From NCBI GenBank assembly GCA_039801565.1, contig JBDRUX010000019.1:1-30268 (forward strand): DNA of 30,268 nucleotides, written 5' to 3'. This DNA comes from a candidate division WOR-3 bacterium (GTDB lineage Bacteria > Hydrothermota > Tepidihabitantia > Tepidihabitantales > JAOUPE01). Under the pieces are notes generated by a model, which was not told where the DNA came from, made no database searches, and worked only from the letters and a program-made list of their open reading frames with translations. Shown here one piece after another: positions 27,065 to 30,268 of this stretch. A program made the translations under genes and the position numbers. Numbering within the stretch: the stretch's first letter is position 1; every line of letters begins with the position of its first letter.

Positions 27065-27124
27065 GGTTGTTGGTAATTGGGTGTTAGTTGTTAGCCTAAA
27101 ACCGACGACCAAAAACTAAAAACT
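27065..27124. repeat. Heptamer-repeat hairpin element in leader
   Basis: ggttgtt ggtaatt gggtgtt agttgtt agcc taaaacc gacgacc aaaaact aaaaact; ends just before the SD. Confidence 0.8.
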
Positions 27125-27141
27125 GATAAAGGAGGTTTTTA

Positions 27142-29829
27142 ATGACAAGGTTGTTACCTTTACTACTCGCCGTAGCAATAATATTAGGCTTGGCAGTAAA
27201 CCTTACCAATGCGAATTCGATTACTGCGCTACAAGCACCTTTGAAAAATGCGCAATTCAATGTCCCCGAGATAATCAAAGAGACGCCTGGTTATTTGGAT
27301 GATACGGTTTGGACCGCGATCGCGGCGCCAACGACCACCCCTGACCGATTGGCTCACGCTACGGTTTATGACCCGGTTAATGACAAAATTTACATTATCG
27401 GCGGGAATCCGGATGGCTATCTGACATCTAATGTCCGGCTTTGCCAACAGTATGACCCTGAGTCCAATACCTGGACTGATAAGGCACAGATGCCCACTGC
27501 CAAGGCTTGGATATGCGGTGCTTATGTGCGAGGTAAAATCTATGTGATTGGTGGCATTGATGTGAATGGCGGAGCTCTAACCGAGAATGCCGAATATGAT
27601 ATTACAAATAATACCTGGACAACCAAGGCGCCAAGACCACGAGCAGCTGGTGCCAGTTTAGATGTGGTTTGGCGGGACTCTTTAATCTATGTGATGGGTG
27701 GTTGGGACGCAGTAAGTACGGGCGGCTGGACCAATGTTGACATCTATGACCCGTTCACGAATACCTGGTCATCGGGCACACCTTTGCCCCAAAATGCTGA
27801 TATGGGTGGTGCGGCAATCATTGGCGATACGATTTATATCGTCGATGCGGTTAATCGCTCGGGTAGTGCTTGCTGGTTAAATCTCTATAAAGGCGCAATC
27901 AATCCAGCAAATCCGACCCAAATTACCTGGATTCAAGGTCCGGCGTTTTCAACACCAACCAGTATTTGTGGTGCTGCGGCAGTAACTGGCAATGTCTTCT
28001 GGTTAGGTGGGTTTGCCAATCTCTCATCCGTGACTAATCAAGCCTGGGTCTATGACCGAACGACTGGCACAATAAGGAGTTTTGTTAACTTCCCAGTCGC
28101 TGTTGCTCGGTGTTGGTTTATGACTGCAAGAACTGAAAATACCTACGAACTATATGTGATGGCAGGTGACCAGGGTGGTAACTGGTCGCCACCTAATCAA
28201 ACCTATATGAAGTGCGTGCTGGGAGTACCCAGAGACCATGATGTCGGTGTCCGAAGTATTACAAGTCCGACCGGCAGGATTCCATCCGGTAACCCAATCA
28301 ATGTTGAAGCGGTAATCAAGAATTTTGGAACTAATGACGAAACTTTTCCAGCCACTGCTTTGATTCTGACCCAGACCGACGATACCGTTTTTGCTAAAGA
28401 GACAACTTTGACCCTGACCGCTCGAACTGAAGAATCAGTGGTATTTGGCGAATTCACACCTGACCCGGATATGTATTATGATGTTATCTTCTATACCGCA
28501 TTGGTTGGTGACGAAAATCCGGCCAATGATACGCTAACTGGTGAAGCACGCACCACTCCGGATGCAGGAGTATTACACATTATTGCCCCAACCGGTCGGA
28601 TTATCCCAGGAACCACGGTCAATGCCACAGCAGTAGTTAAGAATTTCTCAGCTGAGCCAAAAGATGTGCCAGCCACGATGACGATTGTTGATACTGTCAC
28701 CGGTAATACCATTCTGGATGTTGACACTACGCTGGCAATGGGTGCTGGAGAATCATTATCGGTCATGTTTGGTCAATTTACTGCGACAATCGGTAGTTTT
28801 TATGATGTTATTGCCTATACCAGTTTGGTCGGTGATGATGACCCATCCAATGACACCGCTTATGCGACCGCGGTTTGCCGTTATGGCAGTGCACCTGACC
28901 CGTTTGGCTACTATTACGAATCAACCCAAGAACCCGGTGATACCGTCACCTTCTCTTGGATTGACCCAACTGGTGGCACAGTCCTTTCTGGTTGGTCACC
29001 CAGTGCTGATGATGGCTATGTGACCCGAACCCTGCCTTTTGGCTTTAAATTCTACTCACCAGCCAGTAGCCCACCAAACATCACACAGATTAATGTCTGC
29101 ACCAATGGTTTCTTGCAATGGCCAACCACAACGACCACTTGGACTAACACCGCTTTACCCAATAACACAATTCAGAATTTTATCGGACCCTTCTGGGATG
29201 ATTTAAATCCCGGTGCTGGTGGTCAGGTGATTGAAAAGACTGGCACTGATGGCCAATATGTCGCTTATACTTGGGTTAATGTGCCACGTTTTGGAACCTC
29301 AGAATACCAAACCTTCCAGGTTGTGCTTTATCGGGACAATAAGATAAGGTTCAACTACTTGGATGTAAATGGCACACTCAATTCTAATACGGTTGGTATC
29401 CAAGGTGGCACCGGTGCCAATGGTTGGTATCAGCAGTATGTCTTTGATGGCAATCCAGCTAATCACATTGTTGCTGACAATGTCACGATTGCCTTTACTT
29501 GTGACAGTGCGCTTGGTATTACTGAGGTGACAAAAAATACCCTTCCAACCACTACGACGCTCCATCCAGTCCGACCCAATCCAGTAGCAAAAGGTAATGC
29601 TCAGATTTCTTTCACCTTAGCGAATAAGGGCAATGTTACGATTAATATATACGATGCGACCGGTAGATTGGTTCGGAATTTGACCCATGCGCCTTACGAT
29701 GCTGGCAATTACACTTTGACCTGGGATGGCAGAGACGACAAAGGAACCGAAGTGATTGCTGGAATTTACTTCTACACGATTAAGACCGATGACTACAAGG
29801 CGACTAAGAAACTGGTGCTGATGCGCTAA
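27142..29829 (+). CDS. Secreted Kelch-repeat protein with two CARDB-like domains, a PDPFGY...PFWDDL domain and FlgD/T9SS-like CTD
   Basis: Signal peptide; Kelch IYVIGG...YDP..NTW repeats; D.GV..I..P...KNF repeats; CTD PNP...IYDATGRLVRNL...WDGRDDKG...GIYF...KKLVL; SD AAGGAGG. Confidence 0.9.
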   Translation: MTRLLPLLLAVAIILGLAVNLTNANSITALQAPLKNAQFNVPEIIKETPGYLDDTVWTAIAAPTTTPDRLAHATVYDPVNDKIYIIGGNPDGYLTSNVRLCQQYDPESNTWTDKAQMPTAKAWICGAYVRGKIYVIGGIDVNGGALTENAEYDITNNTWTTKAPRPRAAGASLDVVWRDSLIYVMGGWDAVSTGGWTNVDIYDPFTNTWSSGTPLPQNADMGGAAIIGDTIYIVDAVNRSGSACWLNLYKGAINPANPTQITWIQGPAFSTPTSICGAAAVTGNVFWLGGFANLSSVTNQAWVYDRTTGTIRSFVNFPVAVARCWFMTARTENTYELYVMAGDQGGNWSPPNQTYMKCVLGVPRDHDVGVRSITSPTGRIPSGNPINVEAVIKNFGTNDETFPATALILTQTDDTVFAKETTLTLTARTEESVVFGEFTPDPDMYYDVIFYTALVGDENPANDTLTGEARTTPDAGVLHIIAPTGRIIPGTTVNATAVVKNFSAEPKDVPATMTIVDTVTGNTILDVDTTLAMGAGESLSVMFGQFTATIGSFYDVIAYTSLVGDDDPSNDTAYATAVCRYGSAPDPFGYYYESTQEPGDTVTFSWIDPTGGTVLSGWSPSADDGYVTRTLPFGFKFYSPASSPPNITQINVCTNGFLQWPTTTTTWTNTALPNNTIQNFIGPFWDDLNPGAGGQVIEKTGTDGQYVAYTWVNVPRFGTSEYQTFQVVLYRDNKIRFNYLDVNGTLNSNTVGIQGGTGANGWYQQYVFDGNPANHIVADNVTIAFTCDSALGITEVTKNTLPTTTTLHPVRPNPVAKGNAQISFTLANKGNVTINIYDATGRLVRNLTHAPYDAGNYTLTWDGRDDKGTEVIAGIYFYTIKTDDYKATKKLVLMR

Positions 29830-29846
29830 GACTACCAATTTAAACT

Positions 29847-29880
29847 AAAAGGGGGACAAATTTGTTCCCCTTTTTATTTT
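29847..29880 (+). terminator. Intrinsic terminator
   Basis: AAAAGGGGGACAAA-TTTGTTCCCCTTTT followed by TATTTT. Confidence 0.88.
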
Positions 29881-29948
29881 CGACCGTTAAATCTAACTTT
29901 TTGGTTTTGGTAGAAATAACTCCGAATAAGAAGAAAAAAGCAAACCAT

Positions 29949-30092
29949 AGGCTAACCAATAAGGCGGTATAGGGAGTAGCCCCGGATTAGCCCAAGTAGG
30001 TTGTCTAAAAAGTCAGCTGGGAGCGAAATCGGAAGATGGATACGGCGGTTAGTTCGGCCCAGTTCCCCAGCTACGCTACTGGACAGTCCTAA
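29949..30092. repeat. Second degenerate 12-bp-periodic GC-rich array
   Basis: In-phase units aaggcggtatag, ggagtagccccg, taggttgtctaa, aaagtcagctgg, gcggttagttcg; 29961-30006 matches the reverse complement of 15164-15209 at 27/46 positions without gaps. Confidence 0.45.
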
Positions 30093-30148
30093 AATCAGTG
30101 GTCAGTGGCTGGTGGTTGGGGTCTGTTGAAAATTAAAGATAATAAAAG

Positions 30149-30268
30149 AGGTCAAGTAACAAATTGTCTGCAATTTCATACTCCAATAGTTGATTTTTCG
30201 GTATCGGAAATACCGTTTTTTCGATCCCATTCTTCTAATTCTTTCATGTCCAGATAAGAACCCTGACA
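30149..30268 (-). mobile_element. Right end of the same IS256-like element, inverted copy (truncated by window edge)
   Basis: 30149-30256 is the exact reverse complement of 1-108; the minus-strand frame 30268..30176 reads CQGSYLDMKELEEWDRKNGISDTEKSTIGV*. Confidence 0.7.

Noticed and set aside
1074..29838. The many 60-135 aa ORFs overlapping long genes (e.g. 1092-1445, 16982-17386, 28685-29023)
   Set aside because: Antisense or alternate-frame shadows of well-supported genes, with no motifs or SD.
1..30268. Linear plasmid or phage with terminal inverted repeats
   Set aside because: The two ends are truncated at different points (108 vs 120 bp) inside a coding frame, and the content is chromosomal (tRNA, folP, cdaA) with no replication or virion genes.

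Overview
A roughly 42% GC (estimated by eye) chromosomal segment of a bacterium; the protein families suggest candidate phylum WOR-3 or a relative of the FCB group (inference). The window is bounded by two inverted copies of the same insertion-sequence end (exact 108-bp inverted repeat, IS256-like transposase C-terminus). Left to right: tRNA-Asn(GTT) with a duplicated 3' half; a minus-strand folP-cdaA-DUF2723 (TMEM260/GT117-like glycosyltransferase)-hypA run; six secreted proteins with T9SS-A/FlgD-like C-terminal domains, making up about half the window (BNR-repeat protein, 2070-aa beta-helix/Fn3/propeller protein, two more propellers, a C25 gingipain-family peptidase, a Kelch/CARDB protein); a CoA-transferase AB plus two acyl-CoA dehydrogenase operon; a GNAT-like protein; and an Hsp20. 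Most interesting unexplained signals: (i) a TMEM260-like O-mannosyltransferase near secreted proteins rich in the D-(S/T)-hydrophobic sequon; (ii) a ~345-nt structured leader with an H-type pseudoknot ahead of the giant gene; (iii) an acyl-CoA dehydrogenase that has lost its trans-acting FAD-binding motifs (probable obligate heteromer); (iv) two GC-rich, 12-bp-periodic non-coding arrays; (v) a family of heptamer hairpins in 5' leaders; (vi) sigma70-like promoters with mostly 16-bp spacers. All calls are by eye, without database searches.
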